Assembly: GCA_963771355.1 (NCBI GenBank)
Contig: CAVYTA010000006.1
Span: 2,016,001-2,080,000, forward strand
Origin: an uncultured Candidatus Rokubacteria bacterium
GTDB lineage: Bacteria > Methylomirabilota > Methylomirabilia > Rokubacteriales > CSP1-6
Direction of reading: 5' to 3'
DNA length: 64,000 nt
This document shows, one piece after another, positions 10,238 to 21,711 of the stretch. A program made the translations under genes and the position numbers. The notes beneath the pieces are model-generated. The model was not told where the DNA came from and did no database searches. It saw nothing but the letters and a program-made list of their open reading frames with translations. Each line of letters opens with the position of its first letter. The stretch's first letter is position 1.

Positions 10238-11118
10238 TGGCCTTCTGGGAGCTCACCGTCCCGACCTCTCCCGAGACGGTCGAGGGGCTCACCAACTTCC
10301 TCTGGGAGCAGGGCGCGCTCGGCGTGGTCGAGGAGGAGGCGCCGGGAGATCCGGCGCGGCTCCGCGCCTTCTACGCGGAGTCCGTGTCGTCCGCTCGCCT
10401 CCTGAGCGCAGTGGAGGAGTATCGCGCCGCGCTGTGCGCGCTGGGCTTCACGCTGGGGGCCGAGCCCGCCATCGCCCCGCTGCTCGACGAGCAGTGGGCG
10501 AGCGCCTGGCAGCAGTCCTTCCCGCCGCGCGAGGTGGGCGAGCGCCTCCTGATCGTCCCGCCCTGGGAGACGGTGCCCACCCCGCCCGGCCGCCACCGCG
10601 TCGTCATCGAGCCCGGACGAGCCTTCGGCACCGGCCATCACGGCACCACCGAAGGCTGCCTCGCACTCCTCGACCGCTGGCTGGCGGGGGCCCGTCCCGC
10701 GCGCGTGCTCGACGTCGGCACCGGCACCGGCATCCTCGCGGTGGCCGCGGTGGCGCTCGGCGCCCCGCGCGTCTTCGCCATCGACGTGGACCCCGACGCG
10801 GTGGCGGCGGCGCAGAAGAATGCCGCGGCGAACGGAGTGGCGGACCGCGTGCATGTGGGCCTGGGTGGCCCGGAGGCGCTGCCCCGTACCAGCGCCTTTG
10901 ACCTGGTGGTGGCCAATATCCTCGCCCACACGCACCTGGGGCTGGTGAAGGAGTACCGCCGGCGCGTGGCGCCCTTCGGCGCCCTCGTCCTCGGCGGCAT
11001 GCTCACCGGCGAGGAAGACCAGGTCACGCGCGCGCTGGTGCCGCTGGGCTTCACCCCGCGCGAGCTCCTGGAGCGCGAGGGCTGGACCTCCACCCTTCTC
11101 GTCCGGGACGGCGCATGA
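10237..11118 (+). CDS. prmA: Ribosomal protein L11 methyltransferase
   Basis: EPGRAFGTGHHGTT, VLDVGTGTGILA, VVANIL; follows dnaJ. Confidence 0.92.
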   Translation: MAFWELTVPTSPETVEGLTNFLWEQGALGVVEEEAPGDPARLRAFYAESVSSARLLSAVEEYRAALCALGFTLGAEPAIAPLLDEQWASAWQQSFPPREVGERLLIVPPWETVPTPPGRHRVVIEPGRAFGTGHHGTTEGCLALLDRWLAGARPARVLDVGTGTGILAVAAVALGAPRVFAIDVDPDAVAAAQKNAAANGVADRVHVGLGGPEALPRTSAFDLVVANILAHTHLGLVKEYRRRVAPFGALVLGGMLTGEEDQVTRALVPLGFTPRELLEREGWTSTLLVRDGA

Positions 11119-11876
11119 GCGGCGCCGGTCCGCGCGTTCACGTGCGGCCCGAGGCCGTCAGCGGCACGCGCGTGGTCCTGGACGCCGCGGAGGCGCGCCA
11201 TCTCCGCCGCGCCCTGCGGCTCCGCGTGGGCGATCTGGTCCGCGCGCTGGACGGGCGCGGCCGGGAGCTCACCGTCCGCCTCACTGCGCTGGACGCACGC
11301 TCGGCCGAGGGCGAGATCCTCGACACCGCCACGCCGGCGCGCGAGTCCCCGCTCCATCTGACCCTCGCGCAAGGGCTGCCCAAGGCCGACAAGCTGGAGA
11401 CCATCATTCGCATGAGCACGGAGCTCGGCGTGGCCGCGGTGGTGCCGCTGCTGACCGCACGCACCGTCCCCGTCGGCGAGGGCCGGGGCCGGCTGGCCCG
11501 CTGGGAGCGGGTGGCGCGCGAGGCGGCCAAGCAGAGCGGACGCGCGGTGGTCCCGGCGATCGCTGCGCCGGTGGCGCTGCCTGCCTGGCTGGCCGCGCGC
11601 GACCCGGCCGGGCTGCTGGTCTGCCTCTGGGAGCGCGAACCGGCGCCGCTGGCCGACCGCCTGCCGACCGCCCGGCCCGACCGCGCCACCGTGGTCGTGG
11701 GGCCCGAGGGCGGTCTCGCCGAGGAGGAGCTCGCCGGGCTCGAGGCGGCGGGCGCCATCGTCGCGGGGCTCGGTCCGCGCGTGCTCAGAACCGAGACCGC
11801 GGGCCCGGTGGCGGTGGCCCTGCTGCAAGCGCGCTGGGGAGACCTGGGCGTGGGGGCGCCCCAGGTCGCGGAATGA
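11115..11876 (+). CDS. rsmE: 16S rRNA m3U1498 methyltransferase
   Basis: TELGV, EAAKQSGR, VGPEGG, LGPRVLRTETA. Confidence 0.95.
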   Translation: MSGAGPRVHVRPEAVSGTRVVLDAAEARHLRRALRLRVGDLVRALDGRGRELTVRLTALDARSAEGEILDTATPARESPLHLTLAQGLPKADKLETIIRMSTELGVAAVVPLLTARTVPVGEGRGRLARWERVAREAAKQSGRAVVPAIAAPVALPAWLAARDPAGLLVCLWEREPAPLADRLPTARPDRATVVVGPEGGLAEEELAGLEAAGAIVAGLGPRVLRTETAGPVAVALLQARWGDLGVGAPQVAE

Positions 11877-12316
11877 CCCCGGCGTACGAGTACTTCGAGA
11901 CGGACGCCGACATCGGCGTCATCGGACGCGGCCTGACCGCCGCCGAGGCCTTCGTGCAGACGGCCCTGGGGGTCTTCGCCCTGATCGTGGAGCCCGCGGC
12001 AGTGGAGGAACGGGAGCAGCGGGAGGTCCGAGCCCACGGGGACAGTCTCGAGGGCCTGCTTGTCGCCTGGATCAACGAGTGCCTCTACGTCCACGATGTG
12101 GAGGGCTTCGTGGCCCGGCGGATCGAGATCGAGGTGTTCGATGACACCGCGAGGGCCGGAGGCGAGCGCCTGCGGCTCCATTCCTTCCTTCACGGGGAAG
12201 AGGTCGATCCGTCTCGGCATCGACTGGGCACCGTGGTCAAGGCGGCCACGATGCACGAGGTCTCCACCCGGGCCTCCGAGAGCGGGTTCGAGACGCGGCT
12301 CGTGCTGGACGTCTAG
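11873..12316 (+). CDS. Archease
   Basis: YEYFETDADIGV N-terminus and VVKAATMH...VLDV C-terminus are typical of archease. Confidence 0.88.
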   Translation: MTPAYEYFETDADIGVIGRGLTAAEAFVQTALGVFALIVEPAAVEEREQREVRAHGDSLEGLLVAWINECLYVHDVEGFVARRIEIEVFDDTARAGGERLRLHSFLHGEEVDPSRHRLGTVVKAATMHEVSTRASESGFETRLVLDV

Positions 12317-12334
12317 TGTCTCAAAAATGAGACA
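12317..12334. promoter_or_regulatory. Palindromic candidate upstream activator sequence TGTCTCA-AAAA-TGAGACA
   Basis: Perfect 7-4-7 inverted repeat about 110 bp upstream of a sigma54 -24/-12 element. Confidence 0.65.
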
Positions 12335-12413
12335 AGGCGGCGGATCCAGCGTGTCCGCCATACCACGGACTTCCGGGCTTCGACTGCTGAATGGATCGAA
12401 TATATCGTAGACG

Positions 12414-12426
12414 AATCAGATACTTG
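12414..12426 (+). promoter_or_regulatory. IHF-type binding site
   Basis: AATCAGATACTTG fits WATCARnnnnTTR and sits in an AT-rich patch between the palindrome and the sigma54 site. Confidence 0.6.
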
Positions 12427-12444
12427 TATCGTTTCAGGTTTGGG

Positions 12445-12460
12445 TGGCACCTCGCTTGCT
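12445..12460 (+). promoter_or_regulatory. Sigma54 (-24/-12) promoter of lpxC
   Basis: TGGCAC-CTCGC-TTGCT matches the TGGCAC-N5-TTGCW consensus exactly. Confidence 0.85.
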
Positions 12461-12476
12461 CTCTAGCGGCGCGGCC

Positions 12477-13407
12477 ATGGAACTACAAGCCACTATACGG
12501 AAGCCGGTGAGCATCGAGGGCGTCGGTCTCCATAGCGGTGAGATCGATCCGGCTCACCCTCTCTCCTGCCGGCAGCGATACGGGGATTCTCCTCCGGGCG
12601 CTCGATGGGACCCTGATTCCGGCCAACGCCGACCATGTGGTGGATGGCCACTTCGCCACCACGGTGGGGTCATTCGGGGTCCGGGTCCGCACCATCGAGC
12701 ACCTGATGGCGGCGGCCGCCGGACTGGGCATCGACAATCTCGCTGGTCGACGTCTCGGGCGATGAGCTGCCCGGGCTCGACGGCAGCTCCCGGGAGTTCG
12801 TGGAGCTGCTGGAGCGCGCGGGGCGTGTCGGGCTTCCCGCGCGCCGCACGCCCCTCGCGCATCGAGGCGCCCATCCGCGTCGAGGACGGGACCCGCTGGC
12901 TGCAGGTGCTGCCCGTCCGACAGTCTCCGGATCAGCTACACGCTCGACAACGACCATCCAGCCATCGGGATGCAGGCGCTGTCGCTCGAGATCACCGAGA
13001 CCACGTTCGTGAAGGAGCTCGCGCCGGCCCGCACGTACGGCTTCCTCAAGGACGTGGGCGCGATGCGGCAGCGGGGCCTGGCCCGGGGCGGCTCGCTCGA
13101 CAACACCATCGTGGTGGGCAAGCGGGCGGTGCTCAACGACCACCTGCGCTTCCCGGACGAGTTCGTGCGCCACAAGATCCTCGACCTGGTGGGCGATCTC
13201 TTCCTGCTCGGGCCGGCCGCTGATCGGCCACGTGGTCGCCCGCAACGGCGGGCCACGCGCTGAACCATCGCCTCGTCGCCGCCATCCGCGAAGCGGTCGT
13301 GCCGGACCGTCGGCGGGCCCGCGGGCACGTGGCCACCCCGGGGCGGTCGGTGGCGCCTCGGGTCGAGGCCGCCTACCCGCCCGTCCCCGGCGTCGCCGCG
13401 CGTCTAG
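12477..13407 (+). pseudogene. lpxC: UDP-3-O-acyl-GlcNAc deacetylase LpxC with 6-7 single-base insertions (probably assembly artefact)
   Basis: Fragments in successive +1 frames: QATIRKPVSIEGVGLHSG / TIEHLMAA..GLGIDN / ELPGLDGSS / RIEAPIRVEDG / APARTYGF..GLARGGSLDN..LRFPDEFVRHKILDLVGD / GHVVARNGG / HALN. Confidence 0.9.
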
Positions 13408-13455
13408 CCTTCCTCGTCGCTCCCGTCCCCGAGGGAGCGATATAATGGTGCGGCC

Positions 13456-14022
13456 GTGGCCCAGCGCACCCTTGTCCTCTGCGCCCTCATCCTGTCCCTG
13501 CTCGCGGGGCCGTCGCCGGCCTGGGCCGAGATCCGCATCAGCAATTTGGCCGTCTTCTTCAATGACTTCGAGGTCACCGTGCAGGTCGTGCTCCTGGGCG
13601 CCATCCCCGCCCCGCTGCACGAGAGCCTCCACTCCGGGGTGCCCACTCATGTCCGCTTCCACGTGGAGCTCTGGCAGTACAGCCGGTTCTGGGTGGAGCG
13701 CCTGATCCAGCGCCGGACGGTGGAGCGGCAGCTCACCTACAACGTGCTGACGAAGGAATATCGCGTCACCTCGGTCGAGGGCGAGCAACGCGAGCCCTAT
13801 CTCACCAAGAACCTCCGCGAGGCGCAGCGCGTGCTGTCCGATCTGCGCGTGGCCCGGCTGGCCCCCGGCGCCGCGCTGGACAGCAAGGAGCTCTACTACG
13901 TCCGCGTGCGCTCCGACGTCTCGCTGAACGGCGACAACTCCTTTGTCTCCCGGATGGCGGGCGATGCCGCCGAGACCCCGTGGGTGCAGTCCACCCTCCT
14001 CACGCCCATCCGGAGCCAGTGA
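13456..14022 (+). CDS. Exported DUF4390-like protein
   Basis: Signal peptide ending AWA; LHSGVP..VRFHVEL..LTYNVLTKEYRV; directly upstream of an ntrY-like kinase; TATAAT at 13441-13446. Confidence 0.75.
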   Translation: MAQRTLVLCALILSLLAGPSPAWAEIRISNLAVFFNDFEVTVQVVLLGAIPAPLHESLHSGVPTHVRFHVELWQYSRFWVERLIQRRTVERQLTYNVLTKEYRVTSVEGEQREPYLTKNLREAQRVLSDLRVARLAPGAALDSKELYYVRVRSDVSLNGDNSFVSRMAGDAAETPWVQSTLLTPIRSQ

Positions 14023-16271
14023 TGCCTCTCGCCGGCTCCTCGCCGCAGGCCGAGCAGGGGAAGCGCAAGCGCAATCTCATCCTCATCAGCGCGACCCTCG
14101 TCATGCTGATCGTGGGCAGCATCTTCCAGTTCGCCCTGCGCGCCCCGCAGCTCCCGGTGGCGTCGAACCTGGTCGTCCTCGCGCTCCTGAACCTCAACGT
14201 CATCGTCTTCCTGCTCCTCCTCGTCCTCCTCTTCCGCAATCTCGTGAAGCTGGGCTTCGAGCGCCGCCAGAAGGGCATCGGCGCCCGCTTCAAGGTGAAG
14301 CTCGTCCTCGCCTTCCTCTCCCTCGCCCTCGTCCCGAGCATCCTGATCTTCATCATTGCCTCCAATTTCATTACGACGTCGATTGAAGGTTGGTTCAAGC
14401 CGCAGGTGGAGCGGCCCCTGGACCAGGCCCTCGAGGTCGCGCAGACCTACTACCAGACGCTCGAGACCACCGCGCTCCGCCATGGCCGCTTCATGGCTCG
14501 CGTGGTGGAGCGCGAGGGTCTCATGTCCGATACCCAGCGCGAGCCCCTCGAGGCCTTTCTCGGCGAGCAGCGCGACCGGCTCGGGCTCTCCGCGTTGACG
14601 CTGTTCGACCGGCGCGGCCACGAGGTGCTGCACGTCAAGGATCCGGCTCTGGGGGGGGTGGGCACCCGCGCCATCGCCCAGGGGAAGGTCGCCCAGGGCC
14701 TGGGTGGCCAGGAAGTGACCACCGTCCAGGAGATCGAGAACGGCGACATGGTCCAGGCGGTGGTGCCGGTGCGTGATCTCGACCGCGAGGTCATCGGCAC
14801 CCTGGTGGTGTCCACCCACGTGGCGCAGCGTCTGGAGAATCGCCTCCGCGGGATCAGCCAGGCCTTCCAGGAATACAAGCAGCTCAAGCTGCTCAAGAAC
14901 CCCATCAAGGGCATCTACATCCTGCTCTTCCTGCTGATGACCCTGATCATCGTCTTCTCCGCCACCTGGTTCGGCCTCTATCTCGCCCGCGGGATCACCG
15001 AGCCCATCCAGATGCTCGCGGAAGGCACGCGCGAGGTGGCCGCGGGCAACCTCGGCTACAAGGTGCAGGTCCGCGCCGACGACGAGATCGGCATCCTGGT
15101 GGACTCCTTCAACCAGATGACCAGCGACCTCGGCTCCTCCAAGTCCAAGCTCGAGACCGCCTATTCCGACCTCCAGTCGAAACACGATGAGATGGAGATG
15201 CGGCGGCGCTACACCGAGACCGTGCTGGGCGCGGTGGCCACCGGCGTGGTCTCGCTGGATCCCGCGGGGCGCATCACCACCATCAACGGCGCCGCGGAGC
15301 GGATGCTCGGGATCCCCGCCCCTGGCGTGGCGGGGATCGCGGAGGCCTCCGTGTTCCGCCGGCCGGAGTACGCGGAGATCGCCGCCCTGGTGACCCGCAT
15401 GGCGCGGCTGCGTGAGGGGACGGTGGAGCGCGAGGTGCACCTGCGCCGCGACGGCCTGGCCATCACCCTCCTCGCCTCCGCCACCGCGCTCAAGGGGCCC
15501 GACGGCACCGACATGGGCATGGTGCTGGTCTTCGACGACCTCACCGAGCTGCTCAAGGCGCAGCGCCTGGCCGCCTGGCGGGAGGTGGCCCAGCGCATCG
15601 CGCACGAGATCAAGAACCCGCTCACGCCCATCCAGCTCTCCGCGCAGCGGCTGCGGCGGCGGCTGGGCGGGGACGGCAGCGCCGAGGAAAAGCGTCTCCT
15701 CGAGGAGGCCACCTCCACCATCATCCAGGAGGTGGACGGGCTCAAGCAGCTGGTGGACGAGTTCTCCCGCTTCGCGCGCATGCCCGCGCTGGCGCTGCGT
15801 CCCACCGACCTCGCGCGGCTGCTCGACGGCGTGTGCGTGCTGTACCGCGAATCGCATCCCGCGCTGAGCATCAAGTCCGCCTTTTCCCCCGACCTGCCCC
15901 CGATGGAGGTGGACCCGAACCAGATCAAGCGCGCGGTGCTCAACCTCGTGGACAACGCGGTGGAGGCGGTGGGGGAGTCGGGGGAGGTGGTGGTGGAGAC
16001 GATCTGGCTCCCCGACGCGCGGCGCGCCCGCATCGCGGTGGCCGACACCGGGCCCGGCATCGCCGGCGAGGACAAGGAGCGTCTCTTCGTGCCGTACTTC
16101 TCCACCAAGGCCACCGGCATGGGCTTGGGGCTGGCCATCGTCCATCAGATCGTGACCGACCACGGAGGCACCATCTGGGTCGAGGACAATCTCCCGCAGG
16201 GGAGCCGCTTCGTGATCGAGCTGCCCGCGGGCCGCCTCGCCGCCGCGCCCCCCGCGCCGGTCGAGGCCTGA
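14022..16271 (+). CDS. ntrY: NtrY-like sensor histidine kinase (TM, HAMP, PAS, HisKA, HATPase)
   Basis: AWREVAQRIAHEIKNPLTPIQLSAQRL, NLVDNA, DTGPG, GMGLGLAIV. Confidence 0.9.
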   Translation: MPLAGSSPQAEQGKRKRNLILISATLVMLIVGSIFQFALRAPQLPVASNLVVLALLNLNVIVFLLLLVLLFRNLVKLGFERRQKGIGARFKVKLVLAFLSLALVPSILIFIIASNFITTSIEGWFKPQVERPLDQALEVAQTYYQTLETTALRHGRFMARVVEREGLMSDTQREPLEAFLGEQRDRLGLSALTLFDRRGHEVLHVKDPALGGVGTRAIAQGKVAQGLGGQEVTTVQEIENGDMVQAVVPVRDLDREVIGTLVVSTHVAQRLENRLRGISQAFQEYKQLKLLKNPIKGIYILLFLLMTLIIVFSATWFGLYLARGITEPIQMLAEGTREVAAGNLGYKVQVRADDEIGILVDSFNQMTSDLGSSKSKLETAYSDLQSKHDEMEMRRRYTETVLGAVATGVVSLDPAGRITTINGAAERMLGIPAPGVAGIAEASVFRRPEYAEIAALVTRMARLREGTVEREVHLRRDGLAITLLASATALKGPDGTDMGMVLVFDDLTELLKAQRLAAWREVAQRIAHEIKNPLTPIQLSAQRLRRRLGGDGSAEEKRLLEEATSTIIQEVDGLKQLVDEFSRFARMPALALRPTDLARLLDGVCVLYRESHPALSIKSAFSPDLPPMEVDPNQIKRAVLNLVDNAVEAVGESGEVVVETIWLPDARRARIAVADTGPGIAGEDKERLFVPYFSTKATGMGLGLAIVHQIVTDHGGTIWVEDNLPQGSRFVIELPAGRLAAAPPAPVEA

Positions 16272-16274
16272 GCC

Positions 16275-17641
<1,367 letters not shown>

Positions 17642-17642
<1 letters not shown>

Positions 17643-18997
17643 TGCTCCGCGAGCTCGGGGACGGCCTTCGCTTGAGGCGCGTCACCCGGGCCGACGCCGA
17701 GCCCCTGGCCGCCTTCAACGCCGACCAGATCCGGTACCAGGACGCGCCCGCGCCCTTCGCTCCGCTCGGGGTCTGGACCCGCGATCTCCTCGAGGGCCGG
17801 CACCCGACCTTCACCTCCGACGACGGTCTCATCGTGGAGGAGACGCGAACCGGCGCCATCGTGTCCTCCATGCTCCTGGTGTCGCAGACCTGGGCGTACG
17901 GCGGGGTGCCCATCCGGGTGGGCCAGCCGGAGCTGGTGGGCACGCGGCCGGAGTATCGCGGACGCGGCCTCGTCCGCGCCCAGTTCGAGGTGCTGCACGA
18001 GTGGAGCGCGCAGCGCGGCGAGCTGCTGCAGGTCATCGCGGGGGTGCCGTGGTTCTACCGCCAGTTCGGGTACGAGATGGCGCTGCCGCGCGGGGGCGGG
18101 CCGCGCTTCGCGCGCACCGACCTCGCCCCGCCCGCGCCCGGTACACCCTTGCCCTTCCGCGTGCGGCCCATGCGGGCGGACGATCTCCCCTTCGTGGTGG
18201 ACCTGGACCACCGCTCGCGCGAGCGATGCCTGGTGTCCGTCCCGCGCGACGAGCGGCTCTGGCGCTACGAGCTGGAGGGTCATAGCCCGGGCAGCGGCAC
18301 GCGACTCGAGCTGCGGATGCTCGAGACCGACCGCGGCGAGCCCGCGGGCTTCATCGGCCACTTCCCCGCGCTCTGGGCGGGGTCGGCCGCGCTGACGCAC
18401 TACGAGATCCGGCCCGGCCTTTCCTGGCGCGGGCCCTGGCCGACCGTGCACGCCTATCTCGACGCCACCGGCGAGGCCTACGCCGCTCGCGACGGCGGCG
18501 CGTTCACCCAGATCCAGCTCTGGCATGTGGGCCTCGAGAACCCGCTTTACGACGCCATCCGCTTCACCGACCGCTGGCGGCCCTTCGCGCTGTACGCGCG
18601 CATTCCCGACCTGGCTGCCTTTCTCGACAAAATCGGCCCCGCGCTGGAGCGCCGCCTGGCCGGCTCGACGCTGGCCGGGCACACGGGCACGCTGACCCTC
18701 AGCAACTATCGCGAGGGGGTGCGTTTGGTCTTCGCGGAGGGACGGCTCACCGAAGCGGAGGCCTGGCCCCTCGCCCGCGACCTGGTGGGCCAGGAATTCG
18801 GCCAGCCCTCGCAGGACCCACGGCGGCCGATGGCCATGTTCCCCGGGCTCACCTGGCTCCAGCTCATCCTCGGCTACCGGAGCCTCGACCAGCTCCAGGA
18901 TGCCTTCCCCGATTGCATCGTCCGTGGCGGCGAGCCGCGCGCCCTCCTCAACACGTTGTTCCCGCGCACCCCGTCGGACATCTGGGCCGTGCTCTAG
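17642..18997 (+). CDS. GNAT-family N-acetyltransferase (Eis-like, multi-domain)
   Basis: ELVGTRPEYRGRGLVR acetyl-CoA motif and FYRQFGYE; GTG overlaps the ntrX stop. Confidence 0.8.
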
Positions 18998-19053
18998 CGG
19001 CGATCCGGGTTGGGTGGATGTTCCCGGGGGCCGGGGCGCTCATGCCGCGCCTC

Positions 19054-19082
19054 TTGAACGCGAGTCGGCGCCAGACTATCCT
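19054..19082 (+). promoter_or_regulatory. Sigma70-type promoter for the AllFGH-like cluster
   Basis: TTGAAC-17 nt-TATCCT. Confidence 0.5.
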
Positions 19083-19106
19083 CGCCCCACGCTATCTCCC
19101 CCCGTG

Positions 19107-19967
19107 ATGACGCGCCTCGCTTCCTCCGTCCACGCCACCCATGCTGCCCGCGCCCTCGGGGCGGGGCTGGCTCGACATCTCGCGACGAGGGAGCTCGACG
19201 GGCGCGTCCACTCGGTATTCGCGCGGGCGGTCAACGTCGAGTGGAATGAGCCCGCCGGCGCGCTGCTCACCCTGCACGGCCCCACGCCGCTGGCGGCGCC
19301 CTTCGCCATGGCGCTGGTGGGCTGGCCCGAGGAGCACGGGCTCGAGCCCGGCATCCCCGTCGTCGCGAAGGAGGGGCGCCTCTGCGCGGGCGGGCTCGTG
19401 GTGGACTGGGTCGGCGCAACCGTTGTCGACCTGCGCGTCTCGCCGTGCGTCGAGGATGCGCCGGCGGCGCGCGACCGGCTGGCCCGCGCGCTGGCGCCGT
19501 TCGACGAGCGGGCCGGCGCCGCGGGCCTCTCGGCGGCGCCGGGTCGCGTCGCGCGCGCCGCGGCGGCGGGAGCCCTGCGTGGACGCGACCCCGTGGCCCT
19601 GGCGCGGGCGGCCCGATCGCTCATGGGGCTCGGCGAGGGCCTCACCCCCGCGGGCGACGACTGGCTGGTGGGGATGCTCGCCGTGCTCCACCGGCTGGCG
19701 CAGGGCTGGGTGCTCGAGGCGGGACACCTCGCCTCCGTCCTGGTCGGCGAGGCGCCGGCGCGGACCACCACGGTGGGCGCGGCATTCCTCGCCCATGCGC
19801 TCGCCCGGGAGTTCTCCGAACGCGTGCGCGATCTCGTCACCGCCGAGTCGCTTTCCCGCGCCCGTGCCGCCGGCGCGAGGCTGGCCGCCATGGGCGCGAC
19901 CTCGGGCGCCGACACGCTGTCGGGGATGCGCGCGGCCGTCCACGCGCTCGGAGTGTGCCGCGCATGA
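19107..19967 (+). CDS. DUF2877 (AllH/YlbF/YahE-like) protein
   Basis: GRVHSVFARAVN, LMGLGEGLTPAGDDWLVG, MGATSGADTLSG. Confidence 0.85.
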   Translation: MTRLASSVHATHAARALGAGLARHLATRELDGRVHSVFARAVNVEWNEPAGALLTLHGPTPLAAPFAMALVGWPEEHGLEPGIPVVAKEGRLCAGGLVVDWVGATVVDLRVSPCVEDAPAARDRLARALAPFDERAGAAGLSAAPGRVARAAAAGALRGRDPVALARAARSLMGLGEGLTPAGDDWLVGMLAVLHRLAQGWVLEAGHLASVLVGEAPARTTTVGAAFLAHALAREFSERVRDLVTAESLSRARAAGARLAAMGATSGADTLSGMRAAVHALGVCRA

Positions 19968-21526
19968 TCGCGCGCACCCTGATCAAGCCGAGCTTCTACC
20001 AGGACTCGGTGGTGCTCATGGGCGTGGCGCGGGAGCTGCGCGGCAGCGCCGGGATCCAGGAGGCGGCCGCCCTCATGGGGACGCCCGCCAACCGGGAGCT
20101 CATGGAGCAGGCGGGGCTCCTCACCGCGGAGGCGGCCGCCGCCGGTCCCAACGATCTCGTCGTGGTGGTGCGCGCGGACTCCGAGGCGGCGGCGGCGGCC
20201 GCCCTCACGCGCGCCGAATCCCTCCTCGCCGCGCGCCGGCAGCGCATCGAAGCGGCGGGCCGCCGGCGGCCGCGCACGCTGGACCGCGCGCGCCGGCAGC
20301 TGGAGGGCGCCAACCTGGCCCTGATCTCGGTGCCCGGCCCCTTCGCGGCGGCGGAGGCGCGCAAGGCGCTCATCCGCGGCCTCCACGTCATGCTCTTCAG
20401 CGACAACGTGACGCTGGAGGACGAGGTCGCGCTCAAGCGACTCGCGAGAGAGCGCGGGCTGCTTCTCATGGGTCCGGACTGCGGTACCGCTTATCTCAAT
20501 GGCGTCCCGCTGGGCTTCGCCAATGCGGTCCCGCACGGGCGCGTCGGTCTCGTCGCCGCCTCGGGCACCGGGCTCCAGCAGGTCGTGGCCCTGCTTGCCG
20601 CGGGCGGCGAGGGCGTCTCCCAGGCCATCGGCGTGGGGGGCCGCGACATGTCCGAATCCGTCGGCGCCGTCATGACGCTCGCCGCCCTGGACGCGCTCGG
20701 CGGCGATCCCGGCACCGAGCTCGTGGTGGTGGTGGGAAAACCGCCCGGCCCCGCGGTGCGCGCGCGCGTCGAGGCGCGGCTCCGGACACTGGGCAAGCCC
20801 GCCGTCGTCGCCATGCTGGGACGCGAGGTCTCGCCGGGCCGGGAGGGCGCTCTTCGCACCGTGGCCTCGCTGGAGGACGCGGCGGCGGCGGCGCTGGCCG
20901 CGCTCTCCGGACGCGAGTACCGAGCCCGGGCCTTCAGCGATCCCGAAGACGCCGGCCGGCGGATCGGGGAGCGGCAACGCGCCCGGGCCGCCGGGCAAGC
21001 CGCCGTGCGTGGACTCTTCGCGGGCGGCACCCTCGCCTACGAGGCGCTCCTCATCCTCGAGCCCCTGCTGGGCGCGGTGGGCGGCAACCTGAGCCGAGGG
21101 GTGCCGAGCCCGCACCGCATCGTGGATCTCGGCGAGGACGAGTTCACCCGGGGACGCGCGCATCCGATGCTGGACGGCACCCTCCGCGCCGAGGAGATCG
21201 CGCGCGCCGGCAAGGAGGCCGACGTCGCCGTGCTGCTGATCGACGTGGTGCTGGGCCACGGCGCCGCGTCCGATCCGGCAGGCGACATCGCGCCCGCGCT
21301 GGAGGCCGCCCGAGCTCACGCGCACGCGAATGGCCGCGGCCTCGCCGTGGTCGCGAGCGTGGTGGGGACATCCGGGGACCCGCAGGGGCTCGACCGGCAG
21401 GTGGCACGGCTCGAGTCGGCCGGCGCGTGGGTGCTGCCCTCGAACGCGCAGGCAGCCCGGGCCGCCGCCGCCATCGCGGGCGGCGCGCACGTGACCCAGA
21501 AGCTCCTCGCGGTGGAGTCACCGTAG
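19964..21526 (+). CDS. fdrA: FdrA (AllF/YahF-like) acyl-CoA-synthetase-fold protein
   Basis: YQDSVVLM, MGTPAN, FSDNV, MGPDCGTA, ASGTGLQ, DLGEDEFTRGRAHPM. Confidence 0.9.
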   Translation: MIARTLIKPSFYQDSVVLMGVARELRGSAGIQEAAALMGTPANRELMEQAGLLTAEAAAAGPNDLVVVVRADSEAAAAAALTRAESLLAARRQRIEAAGRRRPRTLDRARRQLEGANLALISVPGPFAAAEARKALIRGLHVMLFSDNVTLEDEVALKRLARERGLLLMGPDCGTAYLNGVPLGFANAVPHGRVGLVAASGTGLQQVVALLAAGGEGVSQAIGVGGRDMSESVGAVMTLAALDALGGDPGTELVVVVGKPPGPAVRARVEARLRTLGKPAVVAMLGREVSPGREGALRTVASLEDAAAAALAALSGREYRARAFSDPEDAGRRIGERQRARAAGQAAVRGLFAGGTLAYEALLILEPLLGAVGGNLSRGVPSPHRIVDLGEDEFTRGRAHPMLDGTLRAEEIARAGKEADVAVLLIDVVLGHGAASDPAGDIAPALEAARAHAHANGRGLAVVASVVGTSGDPQGLDRQVARLESAGAWVLPSNAQAARAAAAIAGGAHVTQKLLAVESP

Positions 21527-21711
21527 TGGCGGAGATCGGCGACCTGTTCGGCCGGGAGCTGCGCGTGATCAACGTGGGACTCGAGGGCTTCGCCGTCGTG
21601 CTGGAGTCCCTCGGCGTACCCGTGCTCCACGTGGAGTGGATACCCCCCGCGGGCGGTGACCCCGCGCAGGCGCGGCTCCTCGCGCTCCTGGACGATGAGG
21701 ATGGCGCGTGA
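21526..21711 (+). CDS. Small FdrA-associated protein (61 aa)
   Basis: LRVINVGLEGF...VLHVEWIPPAGGD resembles the segment at the FdrA C-terminus or DUF1116 N-terminus in other clusters; overlaps both neighbours. Confidence 0.75.
   Translation: MAEIGDLFGRELRVINVGLEGFAVVLESLGVPVLHVEWIPPAGGDPAQARLLALLDDEDGA

Noticed and set aside
12477..13407. Programmed frameshifting or RNA editing of lpxC
   Set aside because: Six or more shifts without slippery sequences; the wobble-doublet pattern is better explained by consensus error.
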